A stretch of 64,000 nucleotides of DNA from Podarcis liolepis. Its lineage: Eukaryota. The position numbers and the translations under genes were made by a program. The notes under the pieces are model-generated. The model searched no databases, was not told where the DNA came from, and worked only from the letters and a program-made list of their open reading frames with translations. The stretch lies in assembly GCA_965112155.1 (NCBI GenBank), contig OZ218104.1. One strand, written 5' to 3'. This document shows positions 38,195-51,769 of this stretch, piece after piece; position 1 is the stretch's first letter; each line of letters begins with the position of its first letter.

Positions 38195-39610
38195 ATTTGC
38201 TACTTGCTTGCTATCTGAAGGTCTCCAAGTAACTTACAACACTGTTAAAAGCACAAATTAATATACTATAACATGGAACTAAAACAAAAAGTAACCACCT
38301 TAAGAGCTGCAGGAAGCTTTGGCAGCACACTAACGACAAAAGCGTCATCTTTCATCTGTCAAAAAGCTGGGGGGAAACATAGGCTTTCTCCTGGTATCAG
38401 TCAATGAAGGCATCAGGCAGGCCTTGCTGGGGATCACATTCCATAGATGGGAGCCACAACTGAAAAGCCCTCTTCCCCTGTCACCACCCTCAGATCCGGA
38501 ATCTGCAGAAGGGCCTCAAACAAAGCTCTAAAGGCCCCGGTAGAGTCATATTGGAGATCCAGAGCTCTAAAGGTCAAAACCAGCACTTTGAATTGGGCTT
38601 GGAAGCATACAGGCAACCAGTGTTGTTGGGACAGAACTGGTGTTATATCATCTGTTTCTCTTGAAGCTGTCAACAGCTGGGCAACCACATTCTGCACTAA
38701 TTGATGCTTCCAAAGTTTTTAAAAGGCAGCCCCATATAAATTGCTCTGCAGTAATCTAACCTCAACGTTATCAGAGAAAAGATTGTTGTAGCCAAGTTAT
38801 CCCTGTACAGGTATGATCATAATTGAAGTGACAGCAATGAGTCTTGGAGGAATGCTCAAACTATGAACCCATTGTTTCGGAGGGAGCGTAATCCCCACCT
38901 AGAACAGGCCAAATGCCACTCATCAGGTCAGAGAAACCACCTACCAACATTTCAGTCTTGTCTGGATTAAGCTTTAGTTTTATTGGCTCTCGTCCAGTCC
39001 ATTATTGCAACCAAGCACTGATTTAGAACACTGCCTTCCTCACCTGCATAAGATGAAAAGGAGGGCTAGAACTGCGTCACCAGCATACTGATAACAACAC
39101 ACTCCAGAAATCAGTATGAACCCACTCAGCTGTTTCATCTAGATTTTAAAGAGCATGTGAAACAGAACTGACTCTGTGATTCCTGCAGGACCCCATACTA
39201 GATAAAACACAAGAGTTGAGCAATGCTCCCCAAGAACCACCTTCTGGAGCTGTCCATCCAAGGAGGAGTGGAACCTCCACAATGCAGTGCCCCCAATACC
39301 CAACTCAGTCGCCTCAGAAGGATACCATGGCTGATGATACTGAAAGTCACCAAGCGATCAATGAGGATCAACATAGTCATAATCCCCCTGCCTTGTTCAC
39401 AACACAGGTCATTATACAGTGTAACTAAGGCAGTTTCAGTACTAAAATCAGGCTTCAGTCCAAATTGAAATGGATCCAGAAAACCTGTCTCTTCCAAGAG
39501 CACCTGAATCTGTTTGGCAACCACCCTCTCAAGACCTTTGTCTAAAATGGGGACATTTGATACTTGTCAAAAATTATTCAGATCTTTCAGGTCTAGGGAA
39601 GGCTTCTGAT
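38195..39610 (-). mobile_element. Decayed L2-clade LINE (RT fragment and 3' end)
   Basis: LDPFQFGLKPDFSTETALVTLYNDL...LILID and QNVVAQLL...DDITPVLSQQHWLPVCFQAQFKVLVLTFRAL are L2 ORF2 motifs. Confidence 0.85.
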
Positions 39611-39679
39611 GACCACTACTGATAATAATGGTCTTATTTAATGCTTGATCTCTCCTCTCCTCTTACTTACAGAGAAATA

Positions 39680-40935
39680 CCGTATTTTTCGCTCTATAAC
39701 ACGCAGATTTTTTCTCCTAAAAAGGAAGGGGAAATGTCTGTGCGTGTTATGCAGCGAATGTGTGGTCCCTGTAGCCGAAAAATAAGGCAAAAATCAAACC
39801 GCGCTTCAGGGAGAAGGGAAGCCTGAAGAGAGGAAGTGGCAGCTTCCCTGCATTCTGCCTCAGGGTCTTACTGCCCACCCTGCTCTGTTTCGTTGCTGTG
39901 TTTGCTCAAACGGAACAAAGAGCAGGGAAAGCCCCTCCCCTCCAGGCAAGTAGAGAGGAAAGCAGAGCGTCGCTCTATCCTGTCCCTGCTCCGGAGGGAA
40001 CAATGTTTGTGAAGGGAAGAGAGATTACAGGTTCGGCTTAAAATTCTGATTTGACTTCCTGCTTTTTGTTTTTGGAGACACACAGCATTCAAATATGCTT
40101 TCTTCCATTTAAAAGGATGAAATCCTTAAACAGTGGCTGGCTTGTGTGGGTGGGTGGGGGAAAACTTTTGCCTTCCTTTCCTCACGTTATAGCCCTCTCC
40201 TGCATTCTTAGCCTTCTGTGTTTTTCCTTCCCTCCCCACTTAAAATGTGGTTACAAAGCATGGATCCACATGGATCCTCAGGATCTTTGCATTGGGTCAC
40301 CCCAAATTCACCATCAGAGCACACAGCATGTCCATGGCTACAGCCTGTCCCCCCCCAAAAAAATCACACACCCATTGTTGCCTGGGGCTGCAATGGTGCA
40401 AAAACGTGGTTACAAAGCATGGATCCACAGGGATCCTCAGGATCTTTGCATTGGGTCAGCCAAAATTCACCATCAGAGCACATAGCATGTCCATGGCTAC
40501 AGCCTGTCCCCCCCAAAAAAAATCACGCACCCACTGTTGCCTGGGGCTGCAATGGTGCAAAAACGTGGTTACAAAGCATGGATCCACAGGGATTCTCAGG
40601 ATTTTTGCATTGGGTCACCCCAAATTCACCATCAGAGCACATAGCATGTCCATGGCTACAGCCTGCCCCCCCCCCCCAAAATCACGCACCCACTGTTGCC
40701 TGGGGCTGCAATGGTGCAAAAACGTGGTTACAAAGCATGGATCCACAGGGATTCTCAGGATTTTTGCATTGGGTCACCCCAAATTCACCATCAGATCACA
40801 TGTCTGTGGCCACAGCATGAATCACAAAAATGATACGTCCACTGTTTCATTCAGAATATTTTTTCCCTTCTTTTCCTCCTCTAAAAACGATGTGCGTGTT
40901 ATGGTCAGGTGCGTGTTATAGAGCGAAAAATACGG
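39680..40935. mobile_element. Non-autonomous Tc2/pogo-like DNA transposon (1256 bp)
   Basis: Perfect 26-bp TIR CCGTATTTTTCGCTCTATAACACGCA; TA TSD at 39678-39679 and 40936-40937; no transposase ORF. Confidence 0.92.
40243..40796 (+). repeat. 159-bp tandem repeat, about 3.5 copies, inside the Tc2-like element
   Basis: gtggttacaaagcatggatccaca recurs at 40247, 40406, 40565 and 40724. Confidence 0.95.
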
Positions 40936-43900
40936 TAAACCAAATAAAGAATGATAATACAGTACCCTCTGCCCAACTTAAGCCATATTAAAATGTGTTT
41001 CCTCTCTGAACTGCAAGGAATACCCACCTTTGACGGGGTTGGCATGAACCACCCCTGTTGGCACTAAACAGCAAGTAAACGCCTCTCTCAGTTTGAGGCA
41101 CTGTTCTTTTTCTGGAGCACCCTTTAATACATGCAAAGCAGGCAAGTGCCACATTCTCTGTCTCTAAGAACTCCAGGAAAGGCTCCAGGTTTCTCCCAGT
41201 CCTGCAGTTGTGGAAAACACAGTAGCCTCCTCCACCACTTTCTCAAAACAGAGCTGGAGAGGGGAAGCCCACCCCTTTCAGACATGGCAGAACACCTCCC
41301 ACTGCAGTGCTCTTACCCACGACAGGATTGCAAACAGCAACAGCTCTAGCCAGGCAGTTCTTCAAGGAACCCAGGAGTCCTGCCGGTTCTGATCAAGGGG
41401 CTACTTTGAAGAAATTCAGCTCTCTCAGACACAGGGCACCCAAAGTGGCACCAAAGTGTTTTTTGTGAGGGAGAAGGAGGTCAAAGCACACGCCCTGGTG
41501 AAACCTTTTTTCTCACATCTATCATGCACGCCCCTCTCCAAGCCACTGGTGGGAACACACCAAATTGACATCAAGTATCTGCATCACATCCAGCTGAGCC
41601 TTTTCCCCTTCTGCTGTAAACTGCCTGAACCCTTTGCACTAAAATCTGACTTCCTTGCAAGTAATCCTGAAAATCCTGAAAACTATTGCGGGAACTGGAC
41701 CACATGTCAAACTGGGCTGGGGGGGGGGAGATGGGGTGGGAAGAGAAAACAGTTTTGGAATGCCTCATTGGCAAAACATGTACTTCTTGAGATGGAAGGT
41801 AGACGGACAAGCAAGTTTTCCAGACAGAAAGAAATGTTTGACCGGGGCAGCAAAACTTCTGGGCGTACCACTGAAGGTGGCAGCACCAAGGGGTGGGGGA
41901 CTGCAAGCGATGCTAGAGCTCCTCCCCCAGGTTGCTGAGCGGGGCAGATGCTAAATACAGACTATTCGCCCGTCTAGCACAGTGCCAGCAGCTCTGACTG
42001 GTAGGATCTTTCCAGCATCTCTCCTTAGACAAGAATTCTTTCTGGCCCTACTTGTAGGGCTAGAAGGGGGGATGTAAAGGGGGCCTCCTGCATGCACAGT
42101 CTGTGTTCTGCTCCTGAACTTATGAAGAGCCTGCTGGATGAGCTACACAAGTCAGGTACCACAACATGCTTTGTGGAAACATTCCTGCCTCCAACTTGGG
42201 AGGGCTGTTTGCTGCCTCCTGCTCCTCTTATAGCCCAGGAAGAGCTCCCTTGCCTGGCTAGAGAGAGCTTGCCTGAACTCTTCCCCGAGTGCTGTGCTCT
42301 CCTGATCCCTGGCTGCCAGATGGGGCTGCCTGCTACCACTGCCATGGCTCTGGTTTTGATTTAACTGTACTCTGCTCTCCCACATCCAGCTGCCAATGGA
42401 AGCCAAGCCGCACATAAACACAGAGACAAAAAAAACAACAGCAAGAGCTGGAGTTCTCCTTCTACTCCAGATCTCTATGAACAATCTTGCCCAGCAGCAC
42501 CAGTCAGATTAAACATGAAGGAAGAGACTATGGAGACTTGCAGAACCAAAAGGAGAGGGGATGTCCCAAGGAGCTGGACATCTGGACTGCAAGGACCAGT
42601 GTTTGAAACTCCCATTGTTCTAGGTGCATTTTGCGACAGGGAATTTCATTAGCGCAAGCAGTTTCTGGGCTCTGGGTGCAGTACTACGCCTAAGATTTCA
42701 GATTAAAACTGCAGAGTGGAAGGAAAGGAGGACCTTTTTCTGCCCTCCCACTTTTAGCTACTCTCTGAAGACTGGAGAAGAGACCCTCTTAAGAATATTG
42801 GGGCAAGGGAAGGAATAGACCATGTGAAAAATGAATACTTTCAGCTGCAGTTCATTCATTTTCAGCTTTGAATTATTGTTATAAAAAAACGCACCTAGAC
42901 ATTCCGTTGTTGTACCCATAACCTAGATTTAAGGTGCCATTTAGCTCCTAGTTTTTAGATCTCAGTTTCTAATACTAGTCAGAAGGAGGCAATTCCTACG
43001 AATGTATTCCAGGTGGCGAGATGTGGTATTTGCTAAGCCTCTCTTATGGAAATGATGAAAGTAACATTCTGCATATGATATCATGCAAAACCACCTCAGG
43101 ATGACTTGGCTACATTGCACCTCAATACTGCCACAGATACACTTGATGAGCAAAATCCAATAATCAACAAAGAGAGAATGCAATCAAGACCCTTTCCCAG
43201 GATGAACAACAACAACATTCCCTCACCAGACTGCCCAATGCAGAAGGCATTTATAAGTGTAGAAAAAGCAGGCACTCATTTTCTGCTGGATTCTAGAATG
43301 TCACAAATGGAGAGGACGAAGCATCTAGACCACAAGGCTTGAAACTCAAATTGGCTTCAAATAAATTGCAGCACAACCCTCCTTAGTCCAAAATGCTCAG
43401 GTAGACATGCTCTATCAAAAATCAAAACCACAACCTGGGGAACTCCCTCCCTGCCCCCTTTTAAAATTGTGTTCACATCCATTTTGTACTGTAAAATAAT
43501 TTTATGACATATACGACAAACTAGTCAGAAGGTCTGCCTTGGAGACTTCCCTGTGATCTTTGCCCCTGCATGATGCAGAGGGAATCTCACCCTGCTTCTC
43601 AAAATCATTAGCTCACCATGCCTTCGCCAACCTGGCGCCCTCCATCTGCCCAGTACTACAACTCCCACCTGCCTTTGCCAGAGGACCTTTGGTACTCCAA
43701 AACATCTGAAGGGCACCTGGTTGGCAAAGGATAGGTTAGCTAGCTAGTATCCCCCACTTGCTGTGTTTATGGTGAGTCCCTCCAGTTATTCTCTCAAAAT
43801 AGTTTATCTGAAAAGTGACAGTTCAGTTGTTCAGGAAACAGGATGATGGCAACTACTTACACGGCTTCTTTGCCTACTTGAGAATTTGTCTTTGTCCCTG

Positions 43901-43994
43901 CCCACTGGCCCCAGTCACTTACCCACTCTGCTTTGGCATGTGTTGAAGTCCTCATGGGTAAAGTGCCCCACAAGGGCCATTAATAACACCTACC

Positions 43995-44164
43995 CAGTGG
44001 CGTAGCGTGGGGGGTGCAGGGGGGGGCCAGCCACACCGGGCGCAACATCTGGGGGTTAGAGTTAGGGGGCGCAAATCCATGGGTTAGGGGGCGCAAATCC
44101 ACAGGTTAGGGGGCGCAAATTACTTGCCTTGCCCCGGGTGCTGACAACCCACGCTACGCCACTG
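43995..44164. mobile_element. hAT (Tip100-like) MITE (170 bp)
   Basis: Perfect 17-bp TIR CAGTGGCGTAGCGTGGG; 8-bp TSD CACCTACC; three internal copies of gttagggggcgcaaat. Confidence 0.92.
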
Positions 44165-45634
44165 CACCTACCCAGGGCCCACTGCTTTGAGCAGCACTGG
44201 GGGGGTGGGGGAGGCTGGGTCGAGTTACTATTTTAATTTCCCCCAATGCCCCCAGTATAGAATTACCCCAGGGCATTGTGGGAATCAGGCCCAGTCGCCC
44301 GGCACTGCTTGCAGCAAGGACTGCAACAACTAAGTAAGACTCCCAGGGCTCCTGGAGAGAGGACAAGGCCCACCAATCAGATGGAGCTCGTGCAGGCCAC
44401 ACAAGCTGTTGGGTAGATCCCCATAATCTATGTGCCGCCTAATCTTCTGCAGTTCTAAATAAATTAGCATTGTTGTATTATATTGCCAAGGCACTCTAGT
44501 GAAATGAAAAAGCACAGCCAGAAAAGTATTAGTACTAAATAAAATACAAAAAGGTGGAAAAAATGGTGCCCATCACAAAAGTTATAGTGAACATGTGCTG
44601 AGATTCAAGTGGCTTCTCAGGTGAATTAAACTTCCCCAGCCACAACAGCCCACTGGGGTGCATGGAACATAGTTGAATGACCACATAGAAGAAATGCAGC
44701 AGTTATCAGGAGTCAATCCATGGCAATTCTGCTTGCAGATTACAGCTGAAGTATAGTGACTATGAACACTAGAAGCCCCCAGACTCCATCAGAAAACAGC
44801 ACAAGGCAATGCACAACATTTTGCCGAAAACGATCAACCTATTGCCAAAAAACGTGCCACGAAAACCATAAGCAGTACTGTCCTTTGACAATTTTGGAAT
44901 GCAGCTGCCGACTGGAGTCTGGCATCCTATGGCAACAGCAGAGCCAATGCAGACCCAAGCAGGTCAGCCAATGAATGTGGAAGAGAGGAGAAGAGAAGAG
45001 AAGCAGGGCAGGTGTCAAGTGTATGTTAACTCTCAGGGTTGGATTGATAGCAAGGCATGTTGCCTAGCAGCCAGAGGAGAAGGAAGACACTCAGTGCAGC
45101 CATGTGGGTTTTCTTAAAAAAATTAAAGTGGAAAAATTTCAGATGCACATTAAGGTAATTTGCATTGAAAAAAATTCAGTTAGCATCGGAAAATTATCTT
45201 CTACCCAGGAGTGATCTCATTTCGGATGTTTACTGTATTACTCAGCAGATATTCTCCCAGCTGCTTGCAGTGCGGTTTGCAGGGCATCATCTCTCCCTCC
45301 CTGGCAAAACTGACTCGCAGTGGAAACCCCTGGAGTGCCTGTGGTTATACAAAGACCTAGTCACCGGGCTGGGTCAATGGCCTGTGTGGCGTCCGGAGGA
45401 ACCTGGGCCTTCAGAGGCACAGTTGTCCTAGCCACAGAGGCCTCTGTCTCTCTGCCAGGGAAAAGCTCAAGCAATCAACTGCAGCGCCTTTCTTTTCTCA
45501 CCCAGCTCATCTTCCTCCGCCTGCCCTGTGCCAGACGGACGGGTTGCCATGTCTGCAGCTAAGCCTCTCGGGGAAGTCTTTTTTGTAAAAAAAAATTGTC
45601 TGTGGCCTACCCAAGGGAGAGAAAATGAAGATGT

Positions 45635-46075
45635 CGGCTCAGTGTGCAGCAGCTGTGAAAGAGGCAAATTCCATGCTAGGGATCATTAGGAAAGGAATTT
45701 AAAATAAAACTGCTGATACCATAATGCTGTTATACAAATCTATGCTGCAACTGCTCTTGGGATATTGTGTACAGTCCAGGTCCCCTCACCCCAAAAAGGA
45801 TATTGTAGACCTGGAAAAGGTTTAGAAAAAGGCAGCCAAAAGGATCGAGGTGAAGAAAGGCTGCAGCATTTGAGGCTTTTTAGTTTAAAGAAAAAGGATG
45901 TACGAAGCAACAAGACAGAAGTTTATAATAGCTATGCTCTACCTTCACTATCAGAGGCTGTATGCGTCTGAATACCAGTTGCTGGAGGGGAGAGTGCTGA
46001 TGAGCTCAGGTCCAGCTTGAAGGCTCCCCATAAGGTCATTTGACTGGCCACTCTGGATGCTGAACTAGATGTGCC
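45635..46075 (+). mobile_element. Decayed CR1 LINE 3' fragment
   Basis: cagtgtgcagcagctgtgaaagaggcaaattccatgctagggatcatt... and 3'UTR ggatgctgaactagatg. Confidence 0.75.
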
Positions 46076-48329
46076 GTTGGCAAGTGGCACAGTCACAGCA
46101 TGTGCCAAGTGGCACAGTCACAGCATGCCAAAATAATGGCAATAGCATGAAGCCGCGGCATGCAACGGGAAGCTTCTCTCTTTTGCAGTATTTCTTGTTG
46201 CACTTCCTCATTCAACACTGCTATTCCTGTCAGCCCCAATGCCTAAATGGATCCTGGCACTCAGGCCCAGCAAGCCCAAAGGCTGACACCTAACCCTTGA
46301 ATGACAAGACATTCTCAGGAAGGCTCAGTGTCATGCCACCAGGCAGTTCCTGGATTGAAATGGACCTGAACCATCTTGTTTGGCCACGTGGAACCTCCAG
46401 CTGCAGAAGCAGCATGCACCCCTCAATTCCAGTAGCTATGGGGCCTCCAACCCCACTTGTGGGTTTCTCAGAAGCATCTCTGACTGAGCACTGCAGGGAG
46501 CAGAGGGGCCTGTGGGTGGTGTGACAAGGTAAGGTGCTTAACAACAGCGGGGCCCTTGTTCTGTTTAACTCAAATGCCCCTTTCCTCTATGCTGCAGGGT
46601 CAAGCTCTGAAAATGCTAGGTCTCTGCAAGTCCACAGCAGAACGGCTGCTTGTGAATGGTGCCGACTGATGGCATCAACTGTGACGCTAAGAAACTGCTT
46701 CTCTTCCCAGCTCCAGAAGAGTATTTTTAAAAAGCAACAGAGGAATGTTTCAAATATATATATATATATATTTTGAGGCAGGGCAAGTCCAATGGCAACC
46801 CAGCCAGATGGGCAGGGTATAAATAATAAAATTATTATGAATATTATGTGTGCCAATTCCTCCAACACCCCCATTTCCCCCTCCCCTTCTTCTGTTGCTT
46901 CCTGTGTGCCATATTCTACACCACAAGCTCCAGAGCCAAGGCATCCTCTCACTCTTCATAAAGCACCATTTTCATGGATAGCCCTAGATCAGTAATAAAG
47001 GGATAGTTGTCATTCAAGCTGAGAAGTCAGGAGGGAAGTGGGATTTCCGTTTGTCATTGAGGGGCCCACCAAGAGTTATTTTTTGTATTATATCCACCTT
47101 CACCCCATATTCCACCTTCTCTCTGACACTTTAGGCAGGATGAGGCCCAAGCATCTCCTTTCAGGGGTTGCCACCACCTGGCCCTCACAGCCAAACAATC
47201 CACTGCTCCTCTGAAGCCAGACAAAACTCTGCAGCTGCTCATCTTCTGCTCAAAGCGCGGAGCCAACTGTCACTTTGCTGCTTCTGGCACACCTGTCACG
47301 GATGGTCCCCACTGCAGGCAGGCAGCTACTGCAGACCCCGGAGCTATTTTCAGAATGCTTTGGAGAGATGGTTTTGGAAGTGTTGCCAGTCTCCACACTA
47401 CATATACTCCCTCTCTCACACACGCTAATTTAATCCTTAAGTTGTACTTTTGCAGGGTAGCCTAAATATCAATCATCATTGCAGACAACAGATTCAGAGA
47501 TGGATGTTTACATAGAAAGGGTTAATATTAAGATGGCAGTGAGCAGGGCAGAAGAAAAATAAAGTTGTGTATGAATGTTGTGCACATGAAGGGGGAGGAT
47601 TAAGCATTGCCTACCACAGATAACTAATGAATCAGCAGCGTGTCATCAGCAATAAAACACCACCCCCATATTATCCACCATATTGCCTATACTTCTGCAC
47701 CAAGTAGCATGGGATGCCAGTATGAAATTAATGTAAAATTAAGCCGTTGTGCGTATGGTGCCCATTACATGGAATGACCAAGTCCACATCTGCTAATCTG
47801 GGAGAGAGATAATGAGTTCCCCACAGCACCTGCTCAGATATGCCATCAAGAGAGGGAGGGTTGCCTTCTGTACCTATATTTGGGACTCACTTCCTCACTT
47901 GGTACAGCCAACATGTGGTCCAGAAAGAGGCCTATGGGCCAATATCATTATCCTCTCTTAAGTCTGGCTCCTCCAGGACAAATATACCTGCTGGCTGTGA
48001 TAAATTGGCTGTAATATATAAGAGGACAGAAATATGAAAATAACTTTGATCTGCAGTCTCCCTTCATCACATTGTACAAAAGAAAAGACTAAGAATTCTG
48101 CTGCAATGGAGTCCTCCAAGAAGTTCATGACAACAGAATTGACCAGGGAGCTGCAGAGAAGAGAGATAATAACAGCCCTATGGTTTCATTATGAGTAACG
48201 CTAACGATGTGTGATCCCTATCCCACCTTTTCATATACAAGCTAAAACCTGAAGTGAAGAATAGAGAAGCCCAACAGCAGGATTCAAAAATAACAAGGGG
48301 TTCTAGGGGTTTCCGTATATCATAAGCTA

Positions 48330-48680
48330 AACGCAGGTCAACTCTGATGTGGTGGCGAAAAAGACAAATGCAATTCTAGGCTACATTAGCAGAAAAAAGG
48401 CATCTAGAAGATGTTATTGTACTTTTGCCATCACCCATCTCTGCTTAGGTCGCACCACACCCGGACTGCCATGCCCGCTTCTGTGTGCCACAGTTTAAGA
48501 AGGATATTGGCAGACTGGAAAACATCCAGAGAGAGCAGGAGGCCAAGTCCTAAGAGGAGGAGAGGCCTACAGTGCTTCAAATGTGTAGCCTGGGTAAGAG
48601 GATTAAGAGGTGAGACGATAGCCATCTTCAAAGAACTGAAAGGCTGTCACAAAGATGATGGACCAAACTTCCTTTGGTCT
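48330..48680 (+). mobile_element. Decayed CR1 fragment
   Basis: aaatgcaattctaggctacattagcagaa...tgtgccacagtttaagaaggatattggcagactggaa. Confidence 0.7.
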
Positions 48681-48689
48681 AATTAGCTC

Positions 48690-48835
48690 AGAAAGGACTA
48701 CTCTGGCAGAAGCAGCCCCTCTGAGGGTCTCTGTCAGAGAGAAAAGTCTTCCTCAGCCTGCTCCTGAGGATTCTTTAACCAAAGTAGGTGGAGATTGAAC
48801 CTGGAACCTTCTGCATGCAAAGCATCCGTTCTGCT
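48690..48835 (-). mobile_element. Degenerate Squam3-like SINE
   Basis: gattgaacctggaaccttctgcatgcaaagc on + is the tRNA-like head read on the minus strand; boundaries approximate. Confidence 0.6.
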
Positions 48836-49000
48836 ATGAAGAACATCGGAAGAGCCCTTCAGCAGCTGGATCAGACCAAAGGGGGCTCATCTAGTCATGC
48901 ATCCTGTTCACACAGCAGCCAACTAGATGCCCCAATGGGAAACTCACAAGCTGGACCTGAGCATAAGAGGGTCCTCCCCTCCTGTGGTTTCCAGGAACTG
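48836..49000 (-). mobile_element. CR1 3'UTR tail fragment
   Basis: gctggatcagaccaaagggggctcatctagtc is the reverse complement of a squamate CR1 terminus. Confidence 0.55.
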
Positions 49001-49039
49001 GGATTCAGAATGGATAGTCAGATCTGCTAGGAAGGACTG

Positions 49040-49395
49040 ATGCAGCTGTACAGGTCCAGGATGGAGAGGAAACAGTTGTAGAGGTGAAATGATAGCCGTC
49101 TGCAAATACCTGAAGGGCTGGTGTAGATGACAGGGCAAATTTATTTTCTGTTCTTCCAGGATGCAGGATCAACAAGTTCAAATTACAAGAAGTGAGATTT
49201 TTGAGCAAACATTAGGAAAAATGTCCAGCGTACGTGCTGCTTTGACAGTGGGACAAACTGCCTCAGAAGGTGGCCACCTCTCCTTTGTTAGAGGCACCTC
49301 AGCAAGGGCTGGATGGAAGCTGTGACTTCCTGCAGAGGTTTCCTGCAGGGGGGGTTTCGACCAGATGTCCTTTGAGATCCCTTTCCCACATGTCA
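49040..49395 (+). mobile_element. Decayed CR1 3' end
   Basis: gaggtgaaatgatagccgtctgcaaatacctgaagggctg...ggtttcgaccagatgtcctttgagatccctttcc. Confidence 0.7.
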
Positions 49396-51742
49396 AACTC
49401 CAATGTTACAGGTCGGACTCCAGTCAGCTCCTCACCTGATCTTGTTTGAGAGTTGGGCAGCGGCTGGAGCTATGCATTCTGTGTGACCTTATCCTGCCCC
49501 TTCCTTGGGCTGCACACCAAGCAGTGGACCCTGCTCAGTCCACATAGACAAAAAATAAAAATCACTCATTAACAGTGAAGTGAAACCCTTACTGCTTCTG
49601 CCCAAGGGCAGGAGGCCCAACAGTTCTCATAACCACAAGCCCTTGAAGAACGAACTGAGACACCTTGCAGGTCAAGGTTCTGTGGAGCAGGCACGGCCCC
49701 CTGGATCCAATGTTGAGGATCCGCTTGAGAGGCCCTGTGGGTTGATCCCTGGTGAAGAACCCCTACAACTGTCAGAGGAGGCTCCTCACTTGACCTTCCC
49801 TGCACAGTCCTCAAGAACGCCAGCACCCAAAGCTTGGGGTCCAGGCCAAAAACGACCTAGTATGTGCCTATGGATACAGTCACAGGTCTACTCATGAGTA
49901 TGCAATCTCTGATACGCCTTCATTTTCACTGCCAGTTTCACTCTGGTTTCAGAGACCAGAGGGTATAAGGCCTCCCAGTTAAGCCCACCAGTAGCTGTAA
50001 ATAAAAACGGGCTTCTGTCTCCTTGTTGAACTCCCTATGAGCCAAACCATGTTTCCAGATTATATTTTGGATCTAGAGTGGTGGTTGTCTCTGCTTGACC
50101 TCAACTTGTTGAGAGACTATGCTACACCTTGAACCCTGAGTTTTGGTAAAAGGGTTTGCCCTTGTTGGGATGAGAGCCTAGCCTGGTCCCCAAGGGCACC
50201 CACTGGAGCACAGCATAGCCCAGGCTACAGACTAGAGCTACAAACAGCTGCACACAGGGTGCTCCTGGTGGTCCCTGCACTTCAGGGTTCTCATTTGGGG
50301 ATGCAATGTGTCTTCAGCTGCCAGCAATGTGGATGACGGCTGCTTTGTGAATTCAGCAGGAAAGAAATGAATGACTCAAACAAGAAAGTAGGAAATGAAT
50401 GAAGCAAACAGCTGGAAAATACAGGGCAGGCAAGTTGCCTCTTCTTTCCCCTAAAATGGCGATAAATGCTTTCACCAACTTGGTATCCTCCAGATTATTT
50501 AAACTTAAGGGTGATAGACCATGCTGACTGTGGTTGATAGATGGTTGTGGTCCAAAACATGAAAAGCACCAAGCTGGTGAAGGCTGGCATTGGCCAAGGC
50601 CTCCTGGCTCTCTCCTAGGTCCAGCTGCATTGGCACTATCTGTCCAGGCCCTCCATGGGGCACCCCTTGTTCTGAGAGTGGGAGGCTTCCTTCTCCCTGC
50701 CCCCACAAGGATCTAGCCCTGAAGAACTCACTGCAACCCTTTTTTGTCCTCTCCCTGGCTCTGAAGGGCTCTAGAGCAGAAAATGGCTTTCCCACCCGCC
50801 TACTGCCCCTGGGGCAAAGCTGCTGGAAACAGGGCAGCATCAAAGCTGGAGGTTAGCTCAAAGCTGGGCTTCCTTAGAGTTGCAGCTTCAAAGTGAGAAA
50901 AGTTTGTAAATGGTATATAAGCAGGTGTAGGATGAGGCATCCATTTTTTTAAGTTCCACTGAACCACCTAGGGCACCTCTCCCTTTTCATTCCCCAGAAG
51001 AAGATATGGGAAGGGAATCAACAGACCTGAGGAAGTCTTAAACCCCTCACTTGCATGCTTCCTTTCGTCTGAAAAATCAGAAGCCCCTGCTAACTTTATC
51101 CAGCCGCAGGATCTAGTTTTGGCTTTACCAACTTTTCATCGCTAACCTAGCCTGCACCATTAACATCTGGAAGAGGAGACGGAAGCCTGCAGTATCCACA
51201 CACTTAAAGAGTTTTGTGCACTGAGCCTGAGTGTCATCAGTGGCAGAAAATGATGCTCAATCCACACCAGGGGAATTTAAAATTATGGAACATGGTGGTC
51301 TGTTGCTGCTTTGGAGATGGTAAAAGTTTATCCCAATATTTAAGAGCACCTAGAAAGGCCCATCCCCCATGAAAGGCTTGTTCAATAAAACGAGACCGAG
51401 TGCCTGGCTACATTCTCCTTGCATTCCTGAAGCTCAACCTGCGACCTCATCATCCTCCCATTCATTCAAGGCTTAACCTTTGAGCTGTGCTTTCCCCTAC
51501 TTCCACTTCATTTGTAAATTCTAAATGAAATGGCAACAATTATTTTAGCTCTGTTAGATTAATTAACAGCCTCATCCTACCCTCCAGTGATGTTGACTGG
51601 GCAGTCCAGGACTACCTCTCAGTCACTTAGTGCAGGCATCACATGATGAGACAATGACCTCATGACTCATTCTATGTATGTCCACCATCCACTCTGTGGA
51701 GAAAGGGGCACAGCGGAAGAAGTGGAGGCATGGCCCCTTGCA

Positions 51743-51769
51743 ACACACACACACACACACACACACACA
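51743..51769. repeat. (CA)n microsatellite
   Basis: Read directly. Confidence 0.9.

Noticed and set aside
40218-40921. 200-aa and 224-aa repeat ORFs as a novel gene, or the array as CRISPR-like
   Set aside because: They come from a 159-bp tandem repeat inside a MITE; there are no unique spacers or cas genes, and the context is eukaryotic.
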